DNA of 64,000 nucleotides, from assembly GCA_029855935.1 (NCBI GenBank), contig JAGSHN010000025.1, positions 1 to 64,000 on the forward strand. Reading direction: 5' to 3'. Positions 19,167-29,521 of the stretch are shown here, in pieces. This DNA comes from Candidatus Thorarchaeota archaeon. Its GTDB lineage: Archaea; Asgardarchaeota; Thorarchaeia; Thorarchaeales; Thorarchaeaceae. Made by a program: the position numbers and the translations under genes. The notes beneath the pieces were generated by a model, which was not told where the DNA came from, did no database searches, and worked only from the letters and a program-made list of their open reading frames with translations. The stretch's first letter is position 1. Every line of letters starts with the position of its first letter.

Positions 19167-19330
19167 GCTCCTTGTGCGGCAGGACACTGGATAGATGTGG
19201 GATGCGTGCTGGGCCTCGCCATAGGTGACGCCCTCGGTGGGCCTACCGAGTTCTTATCCTGCGAGGCCATCCGGGAGAGATGACCACCCGATGGCGTGAG
19301 CGCAATACCCGAACCGTGGAGGAGGCAGGT
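19163..19330 (+). pseudogene. ADP-ribosylglycohydrolase N-terminal fragment
   Basis: [18 protein letters not shown] (from 19200) is the ARH signature. It is preceded by LDR in another frame and followed by an in-frame TGA at 19281; the rest of the gene is absent. Confidence 0.7.
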
Positions 19331-19643
19331 CGAAGACTCAGATCGTCTTGCCCACCTGGCTGCTGAGCCCCACGAGTACTCGACGGCCATATAGTGTGCT
19401 CATTGGATGCCGGGGTCATTGCATTCCGATAGCAGCTATGCGTTTGGCGCCAAATGCAGGGTCCCGAAACACTACAGAATTCGCGTCTTGCCGTCCTCTG
19501 ATATCTTGGCATGTATGCACGTGATATCCCGACATGTACCTCAATAATCTCTCGATTTGATGTGTTGTTTATAAGGACAAATGTTCCAGTGGAAGTCAAG
19601 GTAAGTTTAACCAACAGGAAAACCAACTCCGAGATGAGGCAAG

Positions 19644-20393
19644 TTGAGCACAAAGACGAAGAAACGCACCACGAGAGCCAAGCTTGTAAGGGTCCCGGGT
19701 CTGGGACTGTCAGTGAAGCTCTTCCGCCAAGAGGGAACGGACAAGTCCGCCACGCAGATCGCGAACCTGCTCCGGGCTCATCTGTACAAGCCAAAGGGCA
19801 AGAAAGATCTGAGTGCCGGTTTTGTCGACGTGAAGGCCAAGGGCAAGCACGTCAATGCGGAATTCGTGGCCGGGTTCCGAGTACGTGTCCTGACGTACAA
19901 TAAGGACGGCGAACTGACACCCGTGCACTATGTCAGCTATGACAGAGCGCAGGTGATCATCAAGACCGACCGTGGCACGATCGAGGTCCGTGGTTCTGAG
20001 CGCATCGCCCGGAAGTTCCGGCGGATGTATGAGGAGATCACTGGTGCCTCGCTGTCCCCGCTGAATCTCAACGGCGGTACGCAGAGACTCTACAGCCAGG
20101 CCAAGAACATCGACAGCGTCCTCCTCACCGGAATCCAGAAGGGCAACCTGAGCCAGCTGGAGTTCCGGGGACACAGTATCCAGACGGAGGCAGAGATAGG
20201 CCTGTACGCGCGCAAGTACAAGGGTGAGATCACAAGATTCCGTGGTACCTTCGCGTATCCGAGTGGCGCCTTCCTCACCACGACCATCAACGCCGAGCAG
20301 GGCTCTCTGATGGTCTACAAGAGTGGCGACGGTATTCTGGAGAAGGACCTCACATGGATCGTCGACCTCATGGAAGAGGCTGCACTGGAGTAG
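19644..20393 (+). CDS. Hypothetical basic alpha/beta protein
   Basis: Clean ORF with host-like codon usage; K/R-rich N-terminus; no motif recognised. Confidence 0.7.
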   Translation: MSTKTKKRTTRAKLVRVPGLGLSVKLFRQEGTDKSATQIANLLRAHLYKPKGKKDLSAGFVDVKAKGKHVNAEFVAGFRVRVLTYNKDGELTPVHYVSYDRAQVIIKTDRGTIEVRGSERIARKFRRMYEEITGASLSPLNLNGGTQRLYSQAKNIDSVLLTGIQKGNLSQLEFRGHSIQTEAEIGLYARKYKGEITRFRGTFAYPSGAFLTTTINAEQGSLMVYKSGDGILEKDLTWIVDLMEEAALE

Positions 20394-20562
20394 AACCAAG
20401 TCCGAGCGAGGCCCGGTGCCTCTCTCGGGCCATCTCTTTCTTTCGAGACGAGTGGAACAGAGACGGGCATCTGTGCTCGCGCTGATGTCGTGCGACTGGT
20501 ATTCCGTCGAAACAGATCTTCGAACTCGAACCACCTGTGCCCCTGTCGAGTGGCAACAGGAT

Positions 20563-20859
20563 CTACATCCAGTCCTCGGGTGCCCTTCTGATACCAATCA
20601 CCGTCCGCGTGTTCTCGATGTACCAGCGAGTCGCCTCCCTGAAGACTGGCCAGAACTCGAAGAAGAGCTGCGGGTTCTCGGTCTCGACCACCAGGTAGCC
20701 ATTCCAGTCGGTCCCCCAGGCGTAGCGATAGTCCCCGACTATCTTCAGCTCGTCTGGCCAGGACTCTGTTCTGAACTGACGCCAGAACTTCTTGGATTTC
20801 TCTGCCTCCTCTTTGGTCATCGGCCGGAACCTGTAGAAGACGACGAAGCCGTACGTCAT
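20563..20859 (-). CDS. Small dimeric alpha-beta barrel-like hypothetical protein
   Basis: Pattern FVVFYRF...KIVGDYRYAWGTDWNGYLVVET. Confidence 0.55.
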   Translation of the reverse strand: MTYGFVVFYRFRPMTKEEAEKSKKFWRQFRTESWPDELKIVGDYRYAWGTDWNGYLVVETENPQLFFEFWPVFREATRWYIENTRTVIGIRRAPEDWM

Positions 20860-20921
20860 AGAGGGCGCACCGTCCGACTTGACGCTGGCGCCGGATTAAA
20901 AAGGTTTGCAGCCCAGCCCGT

Positions 20922-21668
20922 GTGACGAGGATCGACTTGAGTGAAGACGCAGGGATACTGAGACGGGATTTCAGACACAGGGGCACACCATATTCATTCC
21001 GGTGGAACATTGAGCACCACAGGACAATTGGACGCGATACTGGCGACTCAGCGGCCCTCTGGGGTCATTTGCAGGCAGTGCTGAGGGGATCGGTACCTGA
21101 AGAGCCATTCAACAGCCCGTTCTTTAGGAGAGCCTCCTCACTCCGACTCCGGAAGATGACCCCGCACAAGAGAATCGGGCTCTACAGACGATTTCTCAGG
21201 TCAGGGATGATAACCGAGTCGATAGATGATAGCCTCGTCAGGCTTCTCAGACAGTATCAACAGCGGAGGGGGCTCAACACGCACAACACTGACCACAGTA
21301 TCCTTGAGGAGTTCGTGCAGCGCGACCCGCAGACTGTGGCTATGGAGGTCCCGGTCTGGTCAGAGAGCCTCGCGCTCTCGGGACACATTGACCTGGTGAG
21401 GATCATCGACGGGGCAGTGCAAGTCTGCGACTATAAGCCCGGTCCCCTTGAGCAGACAAAGAGGAGGTTCCTGCAGTCGTTGCCCCAGGTGGCAGCCTAC
21501 GGTGAGATGATGGCGCACCACTTGGCATCAACACTGCGCACTGCTCTTGAGGCTCCATTGCTCCCCAAGATTAGATGCGCAATCTTCGACTCCCACACAT
21601 CGTGGCATTTCGGAGCAGAGATGTATATGCATCTCGTTGCGGCATCTCTGATACCGGGACTGGAATGA
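20922..21668 (+). CDS. PD-(D/E)XK nuclease superfamily protein
   Basis: EVPVW...GHIDLV...DYKPG...QVAAY (RecB-like QxxxY). Confidence 0.8.
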   Translation: MTRIDLSEDAGILRRDFRHRGTPYSFRWNIEHHRTIGRDTGDSAALWGHLQAVLRGSVPEEPFNSPFFRRASSLRLRKMTPHKRIGLYRRFLRSGMITESIDDSLVRLLRQYQQRRGLNTHNTDHSILEEFVQRDPQTVAMEVPVWSESLALSGHIDLVRIIDGAVQVCDYKPGPLEQTKRRFLQSLPQVAAYGEMMAHHLASTLRTALEAPLLPKIRCAIFDSHTSWHFGAEMYMHLVAASLIPGLE

Positions 21669-21689
21669 ATGAATACCCTTCACAAGGCG

Positions 21690-22538
21690 TCACATGTCCC
21701 CATTCTGAAGAATGGTCATCTTGACCTCTTCATCGATCGTGACGCCCCTCATCTTTGACCGGCCGTCGTACTTCAGCTGAATGGTCGGCCGCTCCGACTC
21801 GAGGCCCTGACGAATCCTTGAGAAGTAGGCCTCAGTGAGAACACCGAAGCGATTCAGTGCTGGATCCACGGGGACCCATCCGCGATTGTCGAGAAAGACC
21901 TCGCACCACGCATGCGGTTCTGGGGTCGGACCGCCACGGAAGTAGTGACCGACGACACGTCTTGCAGGAATCTTGACGCAACGCATCAACGCGACGAACA
22001 GGTCCGCATGCTCGTCGCAGTCGCCCTCCATCTCCCTGAGCGCTCTTGCGGCGCCTCTCCGCTCATCGAGATGCGTCTTCAACTTGACCCGGTCCCGGAC
22101 AACCTCCATCGCTATTCTCGCATAGCTCTCATCGCTAGACGCCTTCTCGGCAATCATCTGTGAGAGCTCCTGGATCATCGGGTCCTCGGTTTCCCAGTAG
22201 CGTTGCATCTTGGTATATGTGCCTCTTGTGCTACGCTGGATGGGCGACGGGATGTCTACTGTCTCCAACATCCAGTCTCGTGTCGTAGTGTCAATACGTA
22301 GTATCGCGGTGGGAGAGAAGCTCTCACCAGGACTGAGGTCAGGTACTCTGATGACAGCGACCATATTGCGCTCGGCCCGTTCCTGCATCCTGGCGGGTGG
22401 AAAGACATCTATGCTGCCGACGAACTGGTTTGCCATATCGGTGAAGAGAAACCACACCATCTTGCCACTGCGAATCTTGCCTGTGCCGTTGTTTACCACT
22501 GTGGCCTGCATCTCGATCCGCAGTCTCAAGGGGCTCAC
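21690..22538 (-). CDS. Transglutaminase-like domain protein
   Basis: GDCDEHA...HAWCEV...WVPVDP catalytic C-H-D triad. Confidence 0.88.
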   Translation of the reverse strand: MSPLRLRIEMQATVVNNGTGKIRSGKMVWFLFTDMANQFVGSIDVFPPARMQERAERNMVAVIRVPDLSPGESFSPTAILRIDTTTRDWMLETVDIPSPIQRSTRGTYTKMQRYWETEDPMIQELSQMIAEKASSDESYARIAMEVVRDRVKLKTHLDERRGAARALREMEGDCDEHADLFVALMRCVKIPARRVVGHYFRGGPTPEPHAWCEVFLDNRGWVPVDPALNRFGVLTEAYFSRIRQGLESERPTIQLKYDGRSKMRGVTIDEEVKMTILQNGDM

Positions 22539-22734
22539 CTGCGTGCCGAGGGCACCGGTCGGTCATTCATCAGACTGGTTTTATTGATTATGCTTGTGTA
22601 CCTCTCATAGGTCGATTCGGTCTCAATGTCTCATCCGGGTGCCACCCGAAGAGCGGCAAACAATGATTTATGTGAGAGAGCACTCACATTGACTGGACGA
22701 GCTACTGCCTGGCATTCACTGTGGGGTCTATGTC

Positions 22735-24225
22735 GTGACACCTGAGGACAAAGAGAAGGACGACGAAGAGTTCGGCCACGAGGCGGATGTGGTCGACCAG
22801 CTCCTTGAGGAGCTCGGCGTTGACGAGGAGATGAGAAAGGAGCTTGTGGAATCGGGGAGGGCCACGGAGGACATCCTGAAGGTCGAGCCTGCTGAGCAGG
22901 TGAGAAGAAGACTTGAGATAGAGAAGAGTCTGGACCAACTTCGAGGGTCCATCGCAAAGATGGAACACAGGCTCTCGGAGATCAATGAGACCATTGACAA
23001 GGTGGAGCGCGACCTAATTCCTGTCATCATCTCCTTCATGGTGAAGCTGAAGGGCGACCTTGTGACGTTGAAGACGACGTTGGTGGGGCGCTGCAGGAGA
23101 AGAACGAAGACGAATCTTCAGGAGGAGTTCGTGGCGAGAGTTGTCGGCCCAATAGTGGAGGAGGAGTTCTCCAAGGTCGAGAATACTCTCACCACTGGTA
23201 TGTCCACACCTGTGCTCGACAAGATCAGAGAGCTGTCAGACACTGTGAGGAACTCACTGGAGGGGACCGTTGAACAGCTATCGGAGATGAAGGCGACACT
23301 CGACGACTTCACCCAGCGCACAATCACCGAGCTGGAGTTCTTGGCCAAGCAACTCTCTACCAAGCCTGTCGCCGTCGTGCCAGAAGACGTCGAGGACAAG
23401 ATTCGCACCCTTGAGGGAAGAGTCCGGGAACTGAGTAGGGACCTTGAGCTCGCAAGAGAACGGATTCAGAACAGGGAGGAGGAGATCCAGCAGCTCAAAC
23501 AGGAGCTGGAGACAGCAAGATCCGTCATCGACTCTCACGAGAGGACCATAGCATCGCTCCGTCAGACCAGCGGGGCAGATGCGAGCGTGGTCACCGAGCT
23601 GCGGGCGGAGATCAAGAGCCTCGAAGCGGCACGTGATGTCCTCGAAGCGCGGTTGAAGGAGGCGAACGAGGAGATTGAGAGGCAGGTCCAGAAGACACGT
23701 GACGCAATGGCAAAGCTCGCCAAGCGTGATGTGGAGGTCAAAGATCTGCAGACACGCATAGCCCAGCTGGAATCGGAGATACAAGACTACAAGGAGAGAC
23801 TGGCAGAGGTCGACCGGCTGCGTACGGAGCTCAGTGTGCTCAAGAGCGGCGATGTAAACAGAGAACTCGAGCGACTGAAGAGCGAATACTCAAGACTTGA
23901 GGCATCAGAGAATAGACTCAAGCAGCAGAACGAGGAACTGAGGCGTAGAGTTGCCGAACTCGAACAGAGACTGGACTACTATGTGGGCGTGATGCAGCAG
24001 TCGGACAAGACGAAGGCATATCTGATGATAGAAGACACAGGTAGGATGTCTGTCAGAGAGATTGCCAGGTCACTAGGCATATCCCCAGCCCAAGTGACAA
24101 AATGGATTGAGGACTTTGAGAGGCTTGGCGCGGTCAAGGTCTCCGATGACGGCTACGTATCAATGGCGACGGCTCAAGAGGAAGCCGAGGGGGAACCGGC
24201 GTCGGATGAGCCTCCAACCGAGTGA
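22735..24225 (+). CDS. Long coiled-coil protein with C-terminal winged helix
   Basis: Extensive E/K/R/L heptads; C-terminal MSVREIARSLGISPAQVTKWIEDFERLGAV. Confidence 0.75.
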   Translation: MTPEDKEKDDEEFGHEADVVDQLLEELGVDEEMRKELVESGRATEDILKVEPAEQVRRRLEIEKSLDQLRGSIAKMEHRLSEINETIDKVERDLIPVIISFMVKLKGDLVTLKTTLVGRCRRRTKTNLQEEFVARVVGPIVEEEFSKVENTLTTGMSTPVLDKIRELSDTVRNSLEGTVEQLSEMKATLDDFTQRTITELEFLAKQLSTKPVAVVPEDVEDKIRTLEGRVRELSRDLELARERIQNREEEIQQLKQELETARSVIDSHERTIASLRQTSGADASVVTELRAEIKSLEAARDVLEARLKEANEEIERQVQKTRDAMAKLAKRDVEVKDLQTRIAQLESEIQDYKERLAEVDRLRTELSVLKSGDVNRELERLKSEYSRLEASENRLKQQNEELRRRVAELEQRLDYYVGVMQQSDKTKAYLMIEDTGRMSVREIARSLGISPAQVTKWIEDFERLGAVKVSDDGYVSMATAQEEAEGEPASDEPPTE

Positions 24226-24653
24226 CCGCCGACCTGAAGAAGAAATCTTGTGGCGCCCAGCAGACCATCCAGTCGAAGTGCGAGATCATAGGCTGCCTTC
24301 ACTGTGGCAGGAGAGCCACTCTCCTGGAGATAGGAACTCACAGCAGGCCGCAGGACCTCCCGTATGTATTTCGAACGCAGGGCCGACAGCTCGTTGACAC
24401 AGGTCAGGTCGAGGCAACCGCTCTGCAGACGCTGTCTGATGTTCGACAGGACCGAGAGGTACTTACCAAAGAGCGGCGCACCTCCCGCATCAAGCGTCTG
24501 CTGCACAAGCGAGATACACTCCTGAAGAGCGGCGCCGGCATCGGAAACTGCAGTCAGTCGGACCTGAGAGCATTTGTCAAGGAAGGAGGAGGTCTCAGCG
24601 CCCACCATGTCTATGAGATTGGCAAGTCGCTTCAATGCTTCGTCGGACATCAC
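24174..24653 (-). CDS. Hypothetical helical protein
   Basis: ORF with amphipathic helical pattern, convergent with the coiled-coil gene. Confidence 0.5.
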   Translation of the reverse strand: MMSDEALKRLANLIDMVGAETSSFLDKCSQVRLTAVSDAGAALQECISLVQQTLDAGGAPLFGKYLSVLSNIRQRLQSGCLDLTCVNELSALRSKYIREVLRPAVSSYLQESGSPATVKAAYDLALRLDGLLGATRFLLQVGGHSVGGSSDAGSPSASS

Positions 24654-24774
24654 TGGAGACCGATAATGTGTTGCACTCTGCCCTTATAACATTGATTCGA
24701 CCACCAGTGAGCGGATCGCGCCGGGCACGACAATCGCACCAAAACAGGGATAAGATGGGGAGGGAAGAGACACA

Positions 24775-25821
24775 GTGATGAAGGAGGCTGTTCTTTACGA
24801 GAAGCTAGACGGAAGCGTGAGGTGCAATCTCTGTGCTCGGCGCTGTGTGATTAGGGAGGGGCAGTCAGGGTTCTGCCGGGTCAGAGTCAATCGCGACGGG
24901 AGGCTGTACACGCTTGTCTACGGCCTCATCGACGGCATGGCCGCGGACCCGATTGAGAAGAAGCCGTTGTTTCACTTCGCGCCAGGGTCGACAGCGTTCT
25001 CTATCAGTACCTCCTCCTGCAATTTCAGGTGTCAGTTCTGCCTGAACTATCACTCCTCTCAGAGAAAGACACCTGTGGGCCAGCGTTTCACACCTGAGCA
25101 GCTGGTGGCCCTTGCGCAGGAATACGGCTGTGATGGCATCAGCTACACCTATACGGAGCCGACGATATTCATGGAGATAGCCCACGACACGGCCGAGCTT
25201 GCAAGCAGGGCAGGAATGTACAACACCTTTGTGACGAATGGCTATATGACGGAGGAGGCCATAGAGTACATTTCGCCCTATCTCAATGCCGCGACTGTGG
25301 ACTTCAAGGGATCAGCAAATCCCGAGTTTTACAAGAAGTACATGGCAGTACCAGATGTCGACCCGATCTTTGACGCTCTGAGAGAGCTAAAGAGGAGGGG
25401 CGTGTTCATAGAGATAACGAATCTTGTGGTGCCGAAGATAGGTGACTCTGAGGAGGACACGAGACATCTTGTTGAGTGGATAGTGGAGAATCTCGGTGAG
25501 AGGACACCAGTACATCTTACGGCCTTCGCACCTATGTACAAGATGACGCATCTGCCACGGACGTCAGCCGCGACTCTCCAGCGCCACATTCAGGTCGCCA
25601 AGGAGGCCGGACTGATATTCGTCTACTCGGGAAACGTGGCTGGACTGGAATACGAGAACACGTACTGTCCCCAGTGTGGCTTCAAGGCCGTCGAGAGATA
25701 CTCCGTATTCCTGAAGAGCAACAACCTCGCTCCGGATGGCCACTGCCCGAAGTGCGGCGCAGACCTGAACATCGCGGGCGTACAGTGGATGGGAAAGGGA
25801 TCGAGGAGATTCTGGTTCTGA
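24775..25821 (+). CDS. amrS: AmmeMemoRadiSam system radical SAM enzyme
   Basis: CNLCARRC...GFCRVR, DPIEKKPLFHF, CNFRCQFC, YTYTEP, NTYCPQCG. Confidence 0.9.
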   Translation: MMKEAVLYEKLDGSVRCNLCARRCVIREGQSGFCRVRVNRDGRLYTLVYGLIDGMAADPIEKKPLFHFAPGSTAFSISTSSCNFRCQFCLNYHSSQRKTPVGQRFTPEQLVALAQEYGCDGISYTYTEPTIFMEIAHDTAELASRAGMYNTFVTNGYMTEEAIEYISPYLNAATVDFKGSANPEFYKKYMAVPDVDPIFDALRELKRRGVFIEITNLVVPKIGDSEEDTRHLVEWIVENLGERTPVHLTAFAPMYKMTHLPRTSAATLQRHIQVAKEAGLIFVYSGNVAGLEYENTYCPQCGFKAVERYSVFLKSNNLAPDGHCPKCGADLNIAGVQWMGKGSRRFWF

Positions 25822-26747
25822 TGGTCGACGCCGCCCATATCATCGGCTCCGTCTGGAGTCGGTCCGCGACCGGCTACGTCCACGGCGTCCTGTATTGGGA
25901 CTACGAGAACAGAGACGAAGACGACAATCCCATTACACAACTACTAAAGATAGAGAGAGGTGAGACCCTCCACTGGTCGCTACGCGGTCCCCGCGTATGC
26001 GTGGGCTTTCGCGATGGGACTGGCCGCAGGCAACCGTGTCCTGAGAGGACCGTCATCACCAGCGGCTCAGCACAGTGCGGACCGTGTCAGGCCTCCGACC
26101 TCTTTCTCGAATGCTACCGATGCGATGGCACAATCTGCCACGCGACCGCAGAGAGAAGAGATGAGTGCAGGAACACCGACTACGTGGTATACCTTGCAGT
26201 GTTCGGAGATAGCCTTGTCAAGGTGGGCGTATCAACAAGGGCCAGAGTCCAGACGCGGTGGGTCGAGCAGGGTGCTGACTACGCAGGAGTCATTGCCGAG
26301 ATCAGGGATGGAAAGGAGGCACGGAGAATTGAGAGCCGTGTGGCCAGCTCATCCCGTGCCGTGAGTGTGGTCCGCAGTCCGACAAAGGCAAGAATGATGG
26401 CATTGACACCGAATCGCGGCCGGGTCGAGGAGTCCGTGGCACACGTCGTCAGACAGGCAATCGAGGCTGGTCTAGATGTCATCGAGCCTGAGATTGTCAT
26501 TCTTGAGAATCACTATCGTATCGGACAGTTGCCCGCTGAACCAACATCGTGGGTGCCCTCGGGCCGTGAACGCCCCACAGAGGTGGACATTCTGGGCGAG
26601 GTCGTTGGGATGAAGGGAAGCATAGTGGTCACACGAACTGGTGCGACGATCAGATACATCGACCTGAGATGGAGCGCAGGAAGGAGGCTCGTCAAGAATC
26701 CGGAGATGTCTATCGAGGTCCAGTCTGCCATTGAAGAGTTCTTCTAA
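25821..26747 (+). CDS. DUF2797-like Cys-rich protein
   Basis: RVCVG...CP...QCGPC...CYRC; YVVYLA...KVGVS...RWVEQGA; likely start ATG 25821 (TGATG overlap). Confidence 0.7.
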   Translation: MVDAAHIIGSVWSRSATGYVHGVLYWDYENRDEDDNPITQLLKIERGETLHWSLRGPRVCVGFRDGTGRRQPCPERTVITSGSAQCGPCQASDLFLECYRCDGTICHATAERRDECRNTDYVVYLAVFGDSLVKVGVSTRARVQTRWVEQGADYAGVIAEIRDGKEARRIESRVASSSRAVSVVRSPTKARMMALTPNRGRVEESVAHVVRQAIEAGLDVIEPEIVILENHYRIGQLPAEPTSWVPSGRERPTEVDILGEVVGMKGSIVVTRTGATIRYIDLRWSAGRRLVKNPEMSIEVQSAIEEFF

Positions 26748-26817
26748 GGGACGCGGAAAGCGAGCTGAGCTCGCTCCCGAACGTTCATATGTCAGTTTCT
26801 GATGGTGGAACCCGAGG

Positions 26818-27681
26818 ATGAGCGCAGCGAGAATGGACCCAGAGAGGGTGCGATACGTGTCACTGGTCCGAAGAGAAGGAGGAGAACCGATCTTGGGGAT
26901 TCCGTATAGAGAGATGAGCGTCGACCCAGACCTAGTGGCAAGTTTCGTTCTCGCAGTCATTATATTTGAGAATCGTCAGCTCCGGACTTTTGTGAAAGAG
27001 GGGTACCGAGTAATCATAGAGGAGGGCGAGTACATAGTCGGACTGCTCATTGTCGACAAGATTGATGAAGAGAGGCCCTATCGAGCCGCTCTCAGAAGAA
27101 TCATTGACACCTTCGAGGACAGGTACCGCCCACAGCTTCAGAATTGGTCGGGCGACATCCGACCGTTCCGCGAGTTTGCCCTCTTCATATTCTCAGTGTT
27201 TCCGTACCGTGATATGGATCTCAACCTTGTACCGATAGCGCTGGACCGCTCCGAGGCCACCCCGGACCACCGGACGAAGATTCCCTGGGCCGTGGGCGAG
27301 TCGGACAAGAAGATTGAGCTGGTCAAGGAGTTCATAAACGGAAAGAGGACAATTGCAGACATAGTCGAGGCGTCCGGGCTAGATGAGGCAGAAGTGATTG
27401 CCATAGTCTCTATGCTGGAGCAGTACCACTGGATAACTCTCACACGTCCCGTCCTCGATGACAGTCGTCTCGTCAAGCAGATGGAAGTGCCGACGCTACT
27501 GACGGGCGTCTATGGTGATGCCATTCTCAAACTCGTTGATCTGTGTGATGGTACTCGCACACTCGCGGAGATATCACGCGAGCTGGAGGTTGGCATTGAT
27601 GTCGTGAAGACGCTAGCAAGAAACCTCATAAATGCCGGAGTGCTCAGGTTTTCGGATGGGCAGGGGGCGGACCGGGAGTGA
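26818..27681 (+). CDS. Longin-like domain plus two winged-helix domains (NPRL2/3-like), paralog 1
   Basis: N-terminal YVSLVRREGG...DPDLVASFVLAV longin pattern; LVPI...FINGKRTIADIV...; CDGTRTLAEIS. Confidence 0.65.
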   Translation: MSAARMDPERVRYVSLVRREGGEPILGIPYREMSVDPDLVASFVLAVIIFENRQLRTFVKEGYRVIIEEGEYIVGLLIVDKIDEERPYRAALRRIIDTFEDRYRPQLQNWSGDIRPFREFALFIFSVFPYRDMDLNLVPIALDRSEATPDHRTKIPWAVGESDKKIELVKEFINGKRTIADIVEASGLDEAEVIAIVSMLEQYHWITLTRPVLDDSRLVKQMEVPTLLTGVYGDAILKLVDLCDGTRTLAEISRELEVGIDVVKTLARNLINAGVLRFSDGQGADRE

Positions 27682-27813
27682 CCATCACGAGGGCAGAGAT
27701 AGGGCTGTGGCGACTACGGTATCGTGACCCAACGTGGTGTCCGTCACTCGCAGCGCTTGAAGGCATAGAAACGGTGATGCACTATGGGCATGGTGATTCA
27801 GGGGGGACCTAGG

Positions 27814-28641
27814 ATGTCAGTCGACACGAGCAAGGTCCGCTACGTCTCATTGATACGCCTTGAGGGCGGGGAGTCAATCCTGAACATTCCCTACGCCGAG
27901 ATGAGCGTAGATCCAGACCTGATAGCAGGATTCGTCACCGCTGTCATCACATTCGCCAACACCCCTATTCGGACAATTCGCAAGGCGGCGTATGATATCC
28001 TCATTGAAGTTGGTGAGACCGTCCTTGTACTGATTGTTGTCGACCCTGTACCCGATGAAACACCCTACCGCAAGCGTCTGAGGCGTATCTTGGACAGCAT
28101 CGAGAGAGAACACGGCGAGAAGCTGAAGCGCTTCGAGGGAGATGTCCGGAGATATCGCGAGTTCGCGCTGAAGGTCATATGCGAGTTCCCATTTGAAACA
28201 CCGGACCTCAATCTGGTACCTGTGAGGAGAAAGATGGGGATTCAGATACCATTCAGGGTCGGTGAGGTCGACGAGAAAATGGAGATGCTTGAGGCGTTCA
28301 TCAACGGGAAGCGCACCGTGGGGGAGATAATGAACCTCATTGAACTTCCTGACGAGGAGGTCGTTGCCCTGCTGTCCGCACTCCACAGATACAGATGGAT
28401 CGAGTACAAGAGGCGGCTCACTCCTGAGGACATCCTCGTTCGGAGGCAGTGCGAGGACATCGAACTGGACAGGCTCCGCCAGCAGTTCGGCTCCCCGCTG
28501 GACGACGTACTCACGGCCTTTGGCAGCGGGAAGAAGATAGCCGATGTGCTCAATTCACTCTGCTATGACCAGAGCGCAATGTGGTTCCTCATCAACAAAC
28601 TGGTGGAGTCAGGCTGTCTTGGCGTGGCCGAGTCGAAGTGA
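27814..28641 (+). CDS. Longin-like domain plus two winged-helix domains (NPRL2/3-like), paralog 2
   Basis: Clear paralog of 26818-27681 (VRYVSL, IPYxEMSVDPDL, REFAL, DLNLVP, FINGKRT). Confidence 0.65.
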   Translation: MSVDTSKVRYVSLIRLEGGESILNIPYAEMSVDPDLIAGFVTAVITFANTPIRTIRKAAYDILIEVGETVLVLIVVDPVPDETPYRKRLRRILDSIEREHGEKLKRFEGDVRRYREFALKVICEFPFETPDLNLVPVRRKMGIQIPFRVGEVDEKMEMLEAFINGKRTVGEIMNLIELPDEEVVALLSALHRYRWIEYKRRLTPEDILVRRQCEDIELDRLRQQFGSPLDDVLTAFGSGKKIADVLNSLCYDQSAMWFLINKLVESGCLGVAESK

Positions 28642-28672
28642 CAAGACAAGAAGTCCACGCGTATTTGACCAA

Positions 28673-29506
28673 TCAATCTGCCAGCCAGAGGGGGATATCG
28701 ACGCCAGGGACACCTACCACGTCGCTCCTGCATTGACTGCAATGTAGGAACTGCGGAATGTAGTGAGAGGCACTCCGGCGTACCGACAGGAGAGCTGCGC
28801 CCGATGGTGCCATCAGACCTTCGCCGCCCGCAGGCGGAACGAGGGGCATTACGTTCTGAATCTCTGCGCCAGCCTGAGCGACTGTCTGTGCAACCAGTGT
28901 CACCTCTGACTCATTGACATCGGGTATCAGAACCGTATTTACCTTCACGTGGATGCCAGCTCTAGCAGCCGCCCTCAGTCCGTCGAGCTGGCGTCGCACC
29001 ACATCCGCCCCAACCTGTCGTACCTTCCGGCGCCCATCTATGATGGCCCATTCGTAGACTCTGTCCGCATACTCGGGTGTGACCGCGTGAATGGACACGG
29101 TGACGGTCCGAACACCAAGGGCGACGAGGGCACCCACATTCTCCGTCAGCAGAATGCCGTTGGTGCTCAGGCAGAACTCGAGGTCTGGCCGGCTCTCGCG
29201 GACCAGAGAGAAGAGCTCCAGGGTCGCCGGATTATAGAGAGGCTCTCCGGGTCCTGATACGCCTACAATGCGCAGCCGGGGCCGACGCTCGCACTCCTCG
29301 AAGACTCTCTGAACGGCCTCTTGCACAGACATCACGCGCATAGACTTGCCAGGAGAGGGAAGATGGCAGGACACACCAAGAGAGTGATCACAGAAGATGC
29401 ACTTGAGGTTACATCTCGGCGCAACGGGCACGTGGATTCTTTCCCATAGATCGGAACGCGACGAGCTCCAGCAGGGATGGTGCAGGAAGGGGTATCCGGC
29501 TGACAA
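28673..29506 (-). CDS. Stand-alone NifB-like radical SAM protein (no NifX domain)
   Basis: HPCW, RIHVPVAPRCNLKCIFC, GPGEPL, CLSTNG, KVNTVLIP, HCSQCRSD. Confidence 0.85.
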   Translation of the reverse strand: MSAGYPFLHHPCWSSSRSDLWERIHVPVAPRCNLKCIFCDHSLGVSCHLPSPGKSMRVMSVQEAVQRVFEECERRPRLRIVGVSGPGEPLYNPATLELFSLVRESRPDLEFCLSTNGILLTENVGALVALGVRTVTVSIHAVTPEYADRVYEWAIIDGRRKVRQVGADVVRRQLDGLRAAARAGIHVKVNTVLIPDVNESEVTLVAQTVAQAGAEIQNVMPLVPPAGGEGLMAPSGAALLSVRRSASHYIPQFLHCSQCRSDVVGVPGVDIPLWLAD

Positions 29507-29521
29507 GGCTCCATACGCGTC

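Noticed and set aside
19281-19283. Selenocysteine read-through at in-frame TGA codons (also 57734-57739)
   Set aside because: The positions are not Cys-like catalytic sites, the frames are otherwise broken, and I recognised no SECIS.
20922-21668. Cas4/CRISPR association
   Set aside because: No four-Cys Fe-S motif, no other cas genes, and no repeat-spacer array seen in the window.
28673-29506. Evidence for nitrogen fixation
   Set aside because: No nifH/D/K in the window; a NifB-like gene alone is insufficient.
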